Below are positions 36,523 through 45,920 of a stretch of 64,000 nt of DNA, piece by piece. The translations under genes and the position numbers were made by a program. The notes under the pieces are model-generated. The model did not search any database. It was not told the origin of the DNA and worked only from the letters and a program-made list of their open reading frames with translations. Numbering within the stretch: the first letter of the stretch is position 1; each line of letters starts with the position of its first letter. Origin of the DNA: an uncultured Anaerolineales bacterium (GTDB taxonomy: Bacteria > Chloroflexota > Anaerolineae > B4-G1 > SLSP01). The stretch covers positions 8,224 to 72,223 of the forward strand of contig CAZCTC010000036.1 of the NCBI GenBank assembly GCA_964501335.1. Direction: 5' to 3'.

Positions 36523-37590
36523 TTAAACCCTCGCCAGAAACTTCCGCACCTTTCTGAACGATTCTTCCCAGGTAGGATGCTTCGCATAACTTTTACAGGC
36601 CCCCAGGCTCAACTCCACTAAAAATTCCCGCTCCAACGCCAACGACAAAATATAACCGCCCAACCGATCGATATCCCCAGGCATGATCAAATACCCATTG
36701 TCCCCCGGTTTGATCAACTCATCCGCCCCTCCGGCCGTCGTCCCGATAGCCGGCAATCCCCACCCCATACCCTCCAGGTAGGCCAACCCAAACCCCTCAT
36801 AATAAGAAGGCATCACCAACAACTGGCTCCGGCGCAGATGGTAAGTCAGCGCCCGCCCGTCCAACCGCCCCCGAAAGAAGATCATATCTTCCACCTCCTC
36901 CCGCTCTGCCAGCTTTTTCAAAAACGCCACATAGCCCGGATCCAGATCCATCGATCCGACCAGATTAAGCTCCATCCAGGGAGGAATCGACCCCATAGCC
37001 TCGATCAGATCTGCCACCCCCTTCCGGGGGATCAGATTGCCCAGAAAAATCATCCGAAGCGGACAATTCACCTGGGCCCGGGCAGCGATCTCATCCGGCA
37101 TGACCTTCGCCCCATCGGCATCTCGCCCCGGATAGGCAATCGGACCCTGGATTCGCCGGCCGGCGGCCCGACTCACCGCCCGCCGCGTGGCCTTGCTGTT
37201 ATAAATACACCCGGTCATCTGTCGCAAATAGAGCCGTTCCACAAAACGATAGAACAACCGCAGCCCCCATGGATGCGGCTCGCAGGAACGCAAATGATGG
37301 ACCAAAGCAATCAACGGCACGCCGGTAGCCTGCAACTCTCGATTGACCGCCAGCAATGAGGGGTGACTCAACTCATCCTGAATCCACACCTCGATATCAG
37401 AACGCTGAAAAATCTCCCGCGTAGAAGCCGTAAAATTATCTTTCAGATGACGGGGGTAATCGCGTCCCGGCAGGCTGAAAATCTCCACCTCATCGCCTTG
37501 CGCCCGCAGATAAGAGACCAGCTGCCGATCGTAAAGATACCCCCCCGATACACTCTCCAGACCGTCATAGATAACCAACCCGATCTTCAC
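36523..37590 (-). CDS. GT4-family glycosyltransferase
   Basis: GTG start after AGGAG. EX7E-type motif EGFGLAYLEGMGWGLPAI. Its start overlaps the upstream gene's stop by 26 nt. Confidence 0.8.
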   Translation of the reverse strand: MKIGLVIYDGLESVSGGYLYDRQLVSYLRAQGDEVEIFSLPGRDYPRHLKDNFTASTREIFQRSDIEVWIQDELSHPSLLAVNRELQATGVPLIALVHHLRSCEPHPWGLRLFYRFVERLYLRQMTGCIYNSKATRRAVSRAAGRRIQGPIAYPGRDADGAKVMPDEIAARAQVNCPLRMIFLGNLIPRKGVADLIEAMGSIPPWMELNLVGSMDLDPGYVAFLKKLAEREEVEDMIFFRGRLDGRALTYHLRRSQLLVMPSYYEGFGLAYLEGMGWGLPAIGTTAGGADELIKPGDNGYLIMPGDIDRLGGYILSLALEREFLVELSLGACKSYAKHPTWEESFRKVRKFLARV

Positions 37591-37972
37591 GGCTCAACTC
37601 CTGATGGTAAGATGCCCACGCTTCAGAGTTCTCCCACAATTGCACGGTGATCGTCCGAAAAGAAATCGGACGCAAGGCTTCGATCATAGCCAGACAAAAA
37701 AATCGCGCCAGATGCTCCATACTGGGATTGAGATCCAAAAATTCAGGAAGCTCATTCAGCACCTGATTGGAATAATGCCCGATCAAAAGGAGCATCGCAT
37801 GTTCTACTCTGGTCAAATCGACCAGATAGCCATGCTCATCCAGATCCACCCCTTCCAACCGCACTTCAACCTGATAGGCATGGGCATGCAGCCGATTTTC
37901 AGCCCCCCACTCCCCGCCGATCAAAAAATGCCGCGCAATAAACGACTTCCGTAAACCAATCTGATACATCAT
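37565..37972 (-). CDS. 6-pyruvoyl-tetrahydropterin synthase/QueD-fold protein, divergent
   Basis: RBS GGAGAGG. PTPS fold motifs: F.ARHFL, then LHAHAY in place of LHGHSY, then ..NPS.E.LA. The catalytic Cys position (CGR before HGH in QueD) is absent. Confidence 0.6.
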   Translation of the reverse strand: MMYQIGLRKSFIARHFLIGGEWGAENRLHAHAYQVEVRLEGVDLDEHGYLVDLTRVEHAMLLLIGHYSNQVLNELPEFLDLNPSMEHLARFFCLAMIEALRPISFRTITVQLWENSEAWASYHQELSREDRVGYL

Positions 37973-38039
37973 TTCCTCTCCACTCAGATTAAAAAATTTA
38001 TATTTTCGCGCGCCCCCTCAAGGCACACGAAAATATAAA

Positions 38040-39074
38040 TCAATAAGAAAAAAGCAGTTGCAAAGTCTCCCCGGGCGCTTCATCCAGCAATCGATAAGCC
38101 TCCGCCGCCTGCGTGATCGGAAAACGATGGGAAATCAAAAAAGCCGGCCTTAACCGCGCCAGCAGCGTCCACGCCACCTCCCAACGGCGCGCCCGGCTCC
38201 AACGTCCGGTCAGCTCCGGCGCCAGCGTACTCACCTGACTGGTAAGCAACCGGATACGGCTGCGATGAAAAGCTCCCCCCAGATCCACAGCTGCCCGCCG
38301 CCCCCCATACCACGACCCCAGCACCACCCGCCCGGCAAAACCGGTCACAGCGAGGGCCTGATCCAGGGCCGCCGGCATCCCCGATAACTCATAGGTCAGA
38401 TCCGCATCGGCCGCACTTCCCGCCCCCTGCAAAGCCACCCGCACCGCCGCCTCGACCTCCGGCAACGTGGGATCAAAGGCCGCCTGAGCCCCCAGGGCCA
38501 GAGCCGCTTCCCGCCGACGAGAATAACGATCCAGCACCACCAGACTGGAAAAAGGCTGCCACGCCAACAAAGCCGTCGTCAACAAACCGACAATCCCCTG
38601 CCCAAAGACAGCAATCTGCTCGCCGGTCAGCGGCGCCCCATCCAGAAGCAAAGTAAGCGCCGTCTCCATGTTGGCCAGAAAAGTCGCCTCTTCCAGCGGC
38701 ACATCCTCCGGTACCGGCAGCAACGATGCCACCCCGGTCACAAAAAGGCCGGCATGCGGATGATAAACAAAGACAGACTGCCCTAACCAAACCGGATCGA
38801 CCTGCGCCCCAATCTCCACAACCTGCCCCACCAAAGCATAACCGTAAGCCAGAGGATAGGCCAGGGTTCCAGCCAGCGCAGAAATTTGAGTGTCGGCGGC
38901 CATCAAGGTGGGAGCCTCCCCACGGTAAATCAACATCTCAGTCCCCGCACTGATTGCAGAACAGACCGTTTTCACCACGACCTGCCCGATACCGGGCGGC
39001 GGCACCGATACCTCTCGCACCTCTACCTGCCGCGGCCCCGTGAAATACAAATCCAAAGACTTCCCGTTTCCCAT
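38040..39074 (-). CDS. MDR-superfamily zinc-type alcohol/polyol dehydrogenase-like oxidoreductase
   Basis: RBS AGGGGAG. Rossmann GxGxxG (VFGQGIVG). GroES-like N-terminal domain. Confidence 0.7.
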   Translation of the reverse strand: MGNGKSLDLYFTGPRQVEVREVSVPPPGIGQVVVKTVCSAISAGTEMLIYRGEAPTLMAADTQISALAGTLAYPLAYGYALVGQVVEIGAQVDPVWLGQSVFVYHPHAGLFVTGVASLLPVPEDVPLEEATFLANMETALTLLLDGAPLTGEQIAVFGQGIVGLLTTALLAWQPFSSLVVLDRYSRRREAALALGAQAAFDPTLPEVEAAVRVALQGAGSAADADLTYELSGMPAALDQALAVTGFAGRVVLGSWYGGRRAAVDLGGAFHRSRIRLLTSQVSTLAPELTGRWSRARRWEVAWTLLARLRPAFLISHRFPITQAAEAYRLLDEAPGETLQLLFSY

Positions 39075-39124
39075 CAATAAAATCCTTTTCTCCCCTTCTG
39101 TCCTGAAAATAGACCTCTATGGCA

Positions 39125-39300
39125 TGGCCCCGGCCTTGCCGCGTCCCGCAAATGGCCCTTTCCCCGTAAAAAACGACGCGCTGGATCGGAAGAGAGAGTT
39201 TTTTTGTTTATGTTTTCGGCGGCTTCGGAAAGCCGCCGAAAACATAGGCCTTTTCCTGAATCGCGTCGCTGCTTAACAACAAAACTAGGGAGAGGGGCAG
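39125..39300 (+). repeat. Complete modular intergenic repeat element (forward)
   Basis: gcgtcccgcaaatg, then aaacgacgcgctggatcggaagagagag, then T-rich, then atgttttcggcggc-ttcggaaa-gccgccgaaaacat (39210..39245), then aggccttttcc, then a tail. A tgtcctgaaaatag module precedes it and a TGTCTAC array follows at 39359..39390. Confidence 0.85.
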
Positions 39301-39400
39301 GGGTGAGGGCTAAACGCCAAAACATGTCCCTTTTCCAGAGCCGCCCCGGCGACACGGGCTGTCTACTGTCTACTTGCCGCTGTCTACTTCCGCTGAATTT

Positions 39401-40018
39401 TCATCCTTCAGGGTGCCGCTCCACCTTGATCCAGTGATGCATCCGTTCCACCTTCGTTTTCAAGTACACCAGATTCTCCGGCGTGACCATACAATCCAAC
39501 GGCACCCGCTCGACAATCTCAATACCCAAGGCCTGCAAATCCTCCATCTTGCCCGGATTGTTGGTCAATAACCGGATCGAAGACACCCCCAGATCCCGCA
39601 AAATGCACGCCGCCACCGTATAATCCCGACCATCCGCGGGATGCCCCAACACCAGATTGGCATCCACCGTGTCATACCCCTGGTCCTGCAAATTATAAGC
39701 ACGCAACTTCTCCGCCAGCCCGATCCCCCGGCCCTCCTGCCGCAGGTAAATCAAAATGCCCAGCCCCGCCGCAGCAATCAGCTGTAACGAACGATGCAGT
39801 TGCTCTCCACAATCACACCGGCGCGATCCCAACACATCCCCGGTAAAACATTCAGAATGCACTCGCACCAGAACACCACTTCTTCCAGCGACCTCGCCCA
39901 GGATCATCGCCAGATGCTCTTTCAAATCTCCAGCAGAAGAATAAAGGCACAATCTAAAAACACTGTTTTCAACAGGCAATCGAGCGCAAACCCGACAAGC
40001 AACCATCGATTCTTCCAT
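39401..40018 (-). CDS. ribA: GTP cyclohydrolase II
   Basis: RBS GGAGGG. Zinc-binding Cys in HSECFTGD..RCDCG. RQEGRGIGL, LTNNP. Near-collinear with E. coli RibA. Confidence 0.85.
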   Translation of the reverse strand: MEESMVACRVCARLPVENSVFRLCLYSSAGDLKEHLAMILGEVAGRSGVLVRVHSECFTGDVLGSRRCDCGEQLHRSLQLIAAAGLGILIYLRQEGRGIGLAEKLRAYNLQDQGYDTVDANLVLGHPADGRDYTVAACILRDLGVSSIRLLTNNPGKMEDLQALGIEIVERVPLDCMVTPENLVYLKTKVERMHHWIKVERHPEG

Positions 40019-40019
40019 C

Positions 40020-41015
40020 TCACTCCCTCCAGCGCAAAACCAGCTGGCTCCAGATCAGACCACCCATCCCCAACAGACTATCCCGAAGCCGCATCCAAAA
40101 GCTCAGGCCCAGCCCCACCGTTGCCAGTTTCCCCAACCAATCGATCGCCATTAACTGCCCTAGCTCCAAAGTTCCCCATCCGGGAGAAAACGGCAACATA
40201 AAAATAGAACGAGTCAAAATCAAGGCCCCAAAAGTATGTCCCCAATCGAGATAGATTCCCCAAAAAAAAAGTGCCAGCCAGTATTCCACGCCCATCGCCA
40301 CCCACACAACCCCAGAAAAGGCCAATGTAATTCCCACCCGCCAGGGAGAAGAACGGCAAAACTCGACCAGCCGGGATTCCGTTCCCTGTACCAGAGAACG
40401 CACCCGGACCCCCCGCTCCCCGCCCTCAGGGAAAGAATTCAGCAGGGTTGAAAGGGGAAAATAGCCCTTAAAAAGCAATCCGAGATATCCCACCGGCAGA
40501 ATCAACAGAAAAAGCGCCAACCAAAACCCTTTGACCGACACCCCTCCGGCAGAACCATAGAGCAGAATCCCCAACAGCCCCAGCGTCAGCACAGAAACAT
40601 TACAAATCAGCTCGATCAAACGGTCAAAAGCCGTCGCAGCGATCACTTCTTCCAGCGGAATCAACTGTAAACGATTCAAAAGGTAAATTTGAAAGGGATC
40701 TCCCATGACCGGCGGCCCGGGTGTGAAATAATTCAACCCAAAACCGGCCAACCGACACCCCAAAAGAAAACCCAGTGGAATCGCATACCCCTGCATCTGG
40801 AGAACCAATTGCCAGCGTATCACCATCAAAACAAAAATCCCTACATTGACACTGAAAAGCACCAGCAACCGCAACCATCCCAATTCGGCAAGCAGAGCCA
40901 CCAGAATTCCCGGCGAAATTCGATAGATCCCCCACCCCACCATCAACGGGATCAGCAACATGACCAATCCCCCCAACGACCTTATTCCACATTTCGTATT
41001 TTTAAACATACCCAT
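40020..41015 (-). CDS. UPF0104/flippase-like polytopic membrane protein (MprF N-terminal-like TM domain)
   Basis: Eight or more TM helices. Its stop abuts the ribA start (operon). Confidence 0.5.
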   Translation of the reverse strand: MGMFKNTKCGIRSLGGLVMLLIPLMVGWGIYRISPGILVALLAELGWLRLLVLFSVNVGIFVLMVIRWQLVLQMQGYAIPLGFLLGCRLAGFGLNYFTPGPPVMGDPFQIYLLNRLQLIPLEEVIAATAFDRLIELICNVSVLTLGLLGILLYGSAGGVSVKGFWLALFLLILPVGYLGLLFKGYFPLSTLLNSFPEGGERGVRVRSLVQGTESRLVEFCRSSPWRVGITLAFSGVVWVAMGVEYWLALFFWGIYLDWGHTFGALILTRSIFMLPFSPGWGTLELGQLMAIDWLGKLATVGLGLSFWMRLRDSLLGMGGLIWSQLVLRWRE

Positions 41016-41149
41016 CTATTTTATAGGCTTTTTTAAAAATGAAGGTTTATATTTTCCCCAAAACCCTTTACAAATAACCTAACTGATTTATAATCATTAG
41101 GCACGCCTTATAATTTTATATTTAAACCGAAACAGGGCAGGAGGCCAGC

Positions 41150-41572
41150 GTGGTCAGCGATCATTTTGAAGAATATCTCGGGGCTATCTTTCGGTTGCGC
41201 CATGATACCGACACAGCCCTCCCACTTTCACAGTTGCAACTCTATTTTGGCTACTCACCGATCTCCATCCATGAAATGGTCCAAAAGCTCACCACTCAAG
41301 GGTTGGTGACCTATCAGCCCTACCGCGGCGTCACCCTGACCCCCGACGGGGAACGCATCGGCATGGATCTGGTCCGGCGCCACCGCCTTTGGGAACGGTT
41401 CCTGACCGACCTGTTGGACTTCCCCGCCGACAGCGTTCACGAAATCGCCGGCCAGCTGGAACATGCCGCCCCCCAGGAAGTGACGGAACGGCTCGCCCGG
41501 CTCCTGGGCAACCCGGAAAACTGCCCCCACGGTGATCCCATCCCCCCCCGCCGGGAGGAACTATCACAATAA
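41150..41572 (+). CDS. DtxR/MntR-family metal-dependent transcriptional repressor
   Basis: GTG after AGGAGG. N-terminal helix-turn-helix, dimerisation and metal-site pattern (..HEIAGQLEH.., C-terminal NCPHGDPIP). Confidence 0.75.
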   Translation: MVSDHFEEYLGAIFRLRHDTDTALPLSQLQLYFGYSPISIHEMVQKLTTQGLVTYQPYRGVTLTPDGERIGMDLVRRHRLWERFLTDLLDFPADSVHEIAGQLEHAAPQEVTERLARLLGNPENCPHGDPIPPRREELSQ

Positions 41573-41586
41573 AAAATTCTCAACCT

Positions 41587-41990
41587 GTGCGGGTAACCTG
41601 GAAAACGAGTGAAAAAAATTCTCTTCCAGCCCGCGCAGCGCTTCTTACCAGGAAGACACCTTCAGCGGGACGCAAAAATACCGCCCGCATGAATAAAACA
41701 GTTGGTGCGAAAAATGGGAGAAAAAAAGCCCGCGAAAACATAAATAAAAATTTCTCTCTATCCAGCGCGGCGCTTCTTACCGGGCAAAAGCCATTTGCGG
41801 GACGCTAAAATGCCGCCCACAGGGATAAAACAATGGATGCTAAAAAACGAGAAACAAAGAGCCCGCGAAAACATAAATAAAAATTTCTCTCTCTATCCAG
41901 CGCGGCGCTTCTTACCGGGCAAAAGCCATTTGCGGGACGCTAAAACGATCCCCATTCACATAGAAATAAAGCGGTTTAACCGGAGGTAAT
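41587..41990. repeat. Tandem array (~2.5 copies of 132-139 bp) of the modular element in reverse orientation, filling the feoAB upstream region
   Basis: Units begin tccagcgcggcgcttcttaccgggcaaaagccatttgcgggacgctaaaa.. at about 41624, 41763 and 41895. Confidence 0.85.
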
Positions 41991-41995
41991 ACAAC

Positions 41996-44209
41996 ATGAT
42001 CCCCTTGATCGGACTCGAACCAGGGAAAATCGGCATGGTACGGCGACTCGAAGGCGAACACGGCCTCGTAGCCCGTCTGGCCGCACTGGGCTTCACCCCC
42101 GGCGCAGCCGTCACCATCACCCGCAACGACGGCCACGGCCCCATCATCGTCTCCCTGCGCGGCGCCCAGGTCGCCCTGGGCCGCGGTGAAGCTTCCCGCG
42201 TCATCGTCACCCCCGCCCCGCTGCAGGATTCCATCCCCCAGATCGGAGAACGGACCCGGGTGATCGCCCTGGCCGGTCAGCCCAATGTCGGCAAATCGAC
42301 CATCTTCAACCTCCTCACCGGCCTCAACCAGCATGTCGGCAACTGGGCCGGCAAAACCGTCGAACAAAAAACCGGCATCTTCGCCTATGGTGAAGCCCGC
42401 TACTCCCTGGTCGACCTGCCCGGCGCCTACAGCCTGACTGCCAATTCAGAAGAAGAACGTATTGCCCGCGACTTCATCATCCGCGAGCGCCCCGATGTCG
42501 TCGTGGCCGTCGTCGATGCCGCCACCCTGGAACGCAGCCTCTACCTGCTCTCCGAACTGTTGCTCCTGCCGGCTCCCGTCGTCCTGGCCCTCAATATGAT
42601 CGATGTCGCCGAGCGCGAAGGCATCCAGATCGAGCCCCAGGTACTCTCGGCCGCCCTGGGCATCCCGGTCGTCCCCATGGCCGCCGCTCGCGGCTCCGGC
42701 GTCCGCGAAATGGTCGAGACCGTCAACCGCCTCATCAACGACGAATTGACCTACGAGCCGCGCCGCCCTACCATCCTGCCGGCCCATCAAATGGTCCTGG
42801 CCGAACTGATGACGCTGATCGTTCCCTACGTCCCCGAACCCTACCCCGCAGATTGGGCCACGCTCAAACTGCTGGAGGGCGACGAAGAAATCGCCGCCAT
42901 GTTGCAGGCCGACCTTCCCCCCGAAATCTGGGAAAAGGTCCACGCCATCCTCTATCAACATGAAGATGCCATTCTGGATATCGCCGGCGCCCGCTATGAA
43001 TGGGTTGCTCGCATGGTCCGCGCCGCCGTCGTCCAGCCTCGCGTCGGGCGGCTGGGCATCACCGCCCGGCTGGACCGCGTCCTCACCCATCCCGTCTGGG
43101 GCCTGATCTTCCTGGCCGGCATCCTCGGCACACTCTTCACCCTCACCTATAGCCTGGGCACCCCTATCCAGGATTTCCTGGAAGCGCAAATCTATGCCCT
43201 CTCCGGCTGGATTCATGCCACGCTGACCACACCCACCTGGTTCACCGCCCTCCTGGCCGACGGTTTGATCGGCGGCGCCGGACTGGTCGTCACCTTTTTG
43301 CCTATCCTGGTAATCTTCTTCACCGCCCTGGCCCTGCTCGAAGACACCGGCTATATGGCCCGCATCGCCTATCTGATGGACCGAATCATGCACATGATGG
43401 GATTACACGGCAAAAGCTTCCTGCCGTTGTTGCTGGGCTTCGGCTGCAATGTACCGGGAATCATGGGCACACGGATCATCGAATCCCGCCGGGCCCGCTT
43501 CTTCACCCTGATGCTGACCCCGTTGATCCCCTGCACCGCGCGCATGGCCGTGGTCGCCCTGCTGGTCCCGGTCTTCTTCGGCGCCAACGCCGGCTGGATC
43601 GCCTGGGCCCTCGTCATGATGAACCTGCTCCTGCTGGTCGGGCTGGGCATCTTCTTCCACCATTTCTTCTTCAAGGGCGAAACCGTCGCCTTTGTGATGG
43701 AGCTGCCGCTCTACCATCAGCCTAACCTGCGAACCATCGGACTCTACGTCTGGCGCAACACCCTGGCATTCCTGAGCAAAGCCGGCACCGTCATCCTGGG
43801 AGCCTCCATCGCACTCTGGGCGCTCTCCTATTTCCCCAACGGAAACGTCGATACCAGCTACCTCGCCGCCTTCGGACACACCCTGGAACCGCTGGGTAAT
43901 CTGATCGGTCTGCCCTGGCCGCTGTTGGTTTCATTGATCACCAGCTTCATCGCCAAAGAAAACACCATCGCCACGCTGGGAGTCCTCTACGGCGACTATG
44001 CCAACGTCCTGCCGACCATCCTCACTCCGCCGGCAGCCCTGGCCTTCCTGGTGATTCAAATGCTCTTCATTCCCTGTATCGGCACCGTCGCCGCCATCAA
44101 ACAGGAAACCAAATCCTGGCGCTGGGCCTTGCTGAGTGTGACGCTCTTCCTGGGGCTCTCCCTGGGAATCGGAATGCTTATCTATCAAATCGGAAGTCTT
44201 TTTTTATAA
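41996..44209 (+). CDS. feoB: Ferrous iron transporter, FeoA-FeoB fusion
   Basis: RBS GGAGG. N-terminal FeoA SH3-like domain. G-domain GQPNVGKST, DLPG. Polytopic C-terminus. 737 aa. Confidence 0.9.
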   Translation: MIPLIGLEPGKIGMVRRLEGEHGLVARLAALGFTPGAAVTITRNDGHGPIIVSLRGAQVALGRGEASRVIVTPAPLQDSIPQIGERTRVIALAGQPNVGKSTIFNLLTGLNQHVGNWAGKTVEQKTGIFAYGEARYSLVDLPGAYSLTANSEEERIARDFIIRERPDVVVAVVDAATLERSLYLLSELLLLPAPVVLALNMIDVAEREGIQIEPQVLSAALGIPVVPMAAARGSGVREMVETVNRLINDELTYEPRRPTILPAHQMVLAELMTLIVPYVPEPYPADWATLKLLEGDEEIAAMLQADLPPEIWEKVHAILYQHEDAILDIAGARYEWVARMVRAAVVQPRVGRLGITARLDRVLTHPVWGLIFLAGILGTLFTLTYSLGTPIQDFLEAQIYALSGWIHATLTTPTWFTALLADGLIGGAGLVVTFLPILVIFFTALALLEDTGYMARIAYLMDRIMHMMGLHGKSFLPLLLGFGCNVPGIMGTRIIESRRARFFTLMLTPLIPCTARMAVVALLVPVFFGANAGWIAWALVMMNLLLLVGLGIFFHHFFFKGETVAFVMELPLYHQPNLRTIGLYVWRNTLAFLSKAGTVILGASIALWALSYFPNGNVDTSYLAAFGHTLEPLGNLIGLPWPLLVSLITSFIAKENTIATLGVLYGDYANVLPTILTPPAALAFLVIQMLFIPCIGTVAAIKQETKSWRWALLSVTLFLGLSLGIGMLIYQIGSLFL

Positions 44210-44224
44210 AAATTCTCTTGCGAT

Positions 44225-44380
44225 TAGTATTTTAACGTCCCGCAAAAAGCTTTAGTTCGGCTCGAAGCGACACGCTGAATGGGTAGAAAGAGATTTTTTA
44301 ATCATTTTTTCGGCGGCTTCAGAAAACCGCCGAAAAAATGGGCTTTTCTTTCAAAAAACACCCTGGGTGACGCAACAACA
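44225..44380 (+). repeat. Modular intergenic repeat element (forward) between feoB and the feoC-like gene
   Basis: ttttaacgtcccgcaaaaag..gcgacacgctgaatgggtagaaagag, then cattttttcggcggc-ttcagaaaa-ccgccgaaaaaatg (44303..44340), then ggcttttctttc. Confidence 0.85.
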
Positions 44381-44396
44381 AAAATAGAGGCTATCA

Positions 44397-44648
44397 ATGT
44401 TAATACAATTACTGGCTCAATTAGATCGTGGGGGTATCCAGACACCCGACTCGCTCGCCGCAACGCTGGGCGTCTCCGAGGGATTGATCCGCCAGATGAC
44501 GGATCAACTGGTCCGGCAGGGATACTTAAAAAAAATGGATAACTGTGAGTCGGGCTGTGGACACTGCGAACTCAAATCCGGCTGCGACACCCACAGCAGC
44601 GGAATGTGGATGCTGACCGAACGCGGCCGCCGCGCCGTCAAACCTTAA
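44397..44648 (+). CDS. FeoC-like small winged-helix protein with a C-terminal Cys cluster
   Basis: AGAGG, 6-nt spacer, ATG. 83 aa. Winged-helix-like N-terminus, then CESGCGHCELKSGCD. Confidence 0.5.
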   Translation: MLIQLLAQLDRGGIQTPDSLAATLGVSEGLIRQMTDQLVRQGYLKKMDNCESGCGHCELKSGCDTHSSGMWMLTERGRRAVKP

Positions 44649-44667
44649 ACACCCCCTCAAAAAATAA

Positions 44668-44702
44668 TTTATCGCGCGCCGTCTCCGGCGCGCGATAAAT
44701 TA
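44668..44702. terminator. 16-bp-stem hairpin after the feoC-like gene
   Basis: aatttatcgcgcgccg-tctc-cggcgcgcgataaatt. Confidence 0.5.
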
Positions 44703-44791
44703 AACAAAAATCCTTCCGGAACTTCATCAGAGAAAAAACGTCCTAAACTCCATTCCCGGCAATTTATTGAGCCATCTAAGGAGGATTTCTG

Positions 44792-45637
44792 ATGAACCGC
44801 TTTATGCAAACCCTGTTATTCGCCACAACTACCTTTCTGCTGTTAAACGCCTGCACCGCCTCACCACCAGCAACAAATTCCACCCCCGAACTCTCTTCAT
44901 CTTCATTTCCCACCCACACGCCTTACCCCAACGACACTCCCACTCCCCGACCTTCTTCATCCGAATGTGATCCAACCCCGGTCGGTATCCTCGCGCTAGA
45001 AAACTATCACATGGCCGATGCCGGCAATTTCGTCCTGACCGCCGGGGAACCGGTAACACTTAGCTGGCAATCCGCGCCGGCAAATGCCGACCGCTACGAA
45101 TTCATTTTTATCGATATGAACACCAATCTCACCACCACCATCGCTATCGATGACAACCCCGCTGATGGAGCATCCATCCTCTGGAACCCACCGGAAGATT
45201 CAAGCCTCCACGTGAATGCCGTCGCTTACGATTCACAAGGATGCGGCACTCGCGCTTACTATACTCCTGAGGGAATCTATACCCGCAAAGGCCCCAAACC
45301 AAACGTATGCAGCCTGGAAATGATCACTTCCCTCCGTCAACCTTATTTTGACTTATATCCCCGGCCGACCTATGCCGCCACCCCGACCGCAGAACTGTAT
45401 GGATGGACCTATGTAGAAGTCTATCAGGTCACCACAGACCATTGGTATCAAATCGACGGCAGCACAGAAGCCTCCATCAAAGAATCAAGGACGGATCATC
45501 CTACCGATCCGATTTGGCTCCATCTCGATCCTGAAAAAGAAAATCATGCGATCTTTAAGGGCCCCTGCGAAAATCTCCCAGTCGTCCCAGCCGCCCCCAC
45601 CGAACCCACCCTGACACCAACGCCCAACAATGGATAA
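44792..45637 (+). CDS. Hypothetical secreted lipoprotein
   Basis: RBS AAGGAGG. Signal peptide and lipobox LLNAC. Pro/Thr-rich ends. Confidence 0.6.
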   Translation: MNRFMQTLLFATTTFLLLNACTASPPATNSTPELSSSSFPTHTPYPNDTPTPRPSSSECDPTPVGILALENYHMADAGNFVLTAGEPVTLSWQSAPANADRYEFIFIDMNTNLTTTIAIDDNPADGASILWNPPEDSSLHVNAVAYDSQGCGTRAYYTPEGIYTRKGPKPNVCSLEMITSLRQPYFDLYPRPTYAATPTAELYGWTYVEVYQVTTDHWYQIDGSTEASIKESRTDHPTDPIWLHLDPEKENHAIFKGPCENLPVVPAAPTEPTLTPTPNNG

Positions 45638-45639
45638 AA

Positions 45640-45900
45640 ATCCCGGCTATTTTCAAGACAGAAGGCCATGCCGGGGGCGGCACCCCGAAAGATGAAAATG
45701 GATTTTTGGGTTAGAGGGTGCCCATGCAGGAGCGCCCTACATTGGTGGTGTTCGCATAGGGGCGGCCCGATGTGGCCGCCCTTGGGGAGATTTTTGGACA
45801 ATGGCCCTATTTTCAAGACAGCTTTAACGCTGTGAGGCGGGGAGATCGCAAAGAGACGCAGAGAAAAATAAATTTTCTCTGCGTCTCTGCTGCTCCGAGT
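45640..45900. repeat. Cluster of dispersed repeat modules in reverse orientation
   Basis: The reverse complement of tttcggggtgccgcc..tgtcttgaaaatag lies at ~45640-45700. A GCCCTACA..ATAGGGGC hairpin at ~45740-45775 matches 13157-13197. The gagacgcagag..ctctgcgtctct hairpin at ~45855-45890 matches 995-1045. Confidence 0.8.
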
Positions 45901-45920
45901 TAAAAATCTCTGGCTATTTT

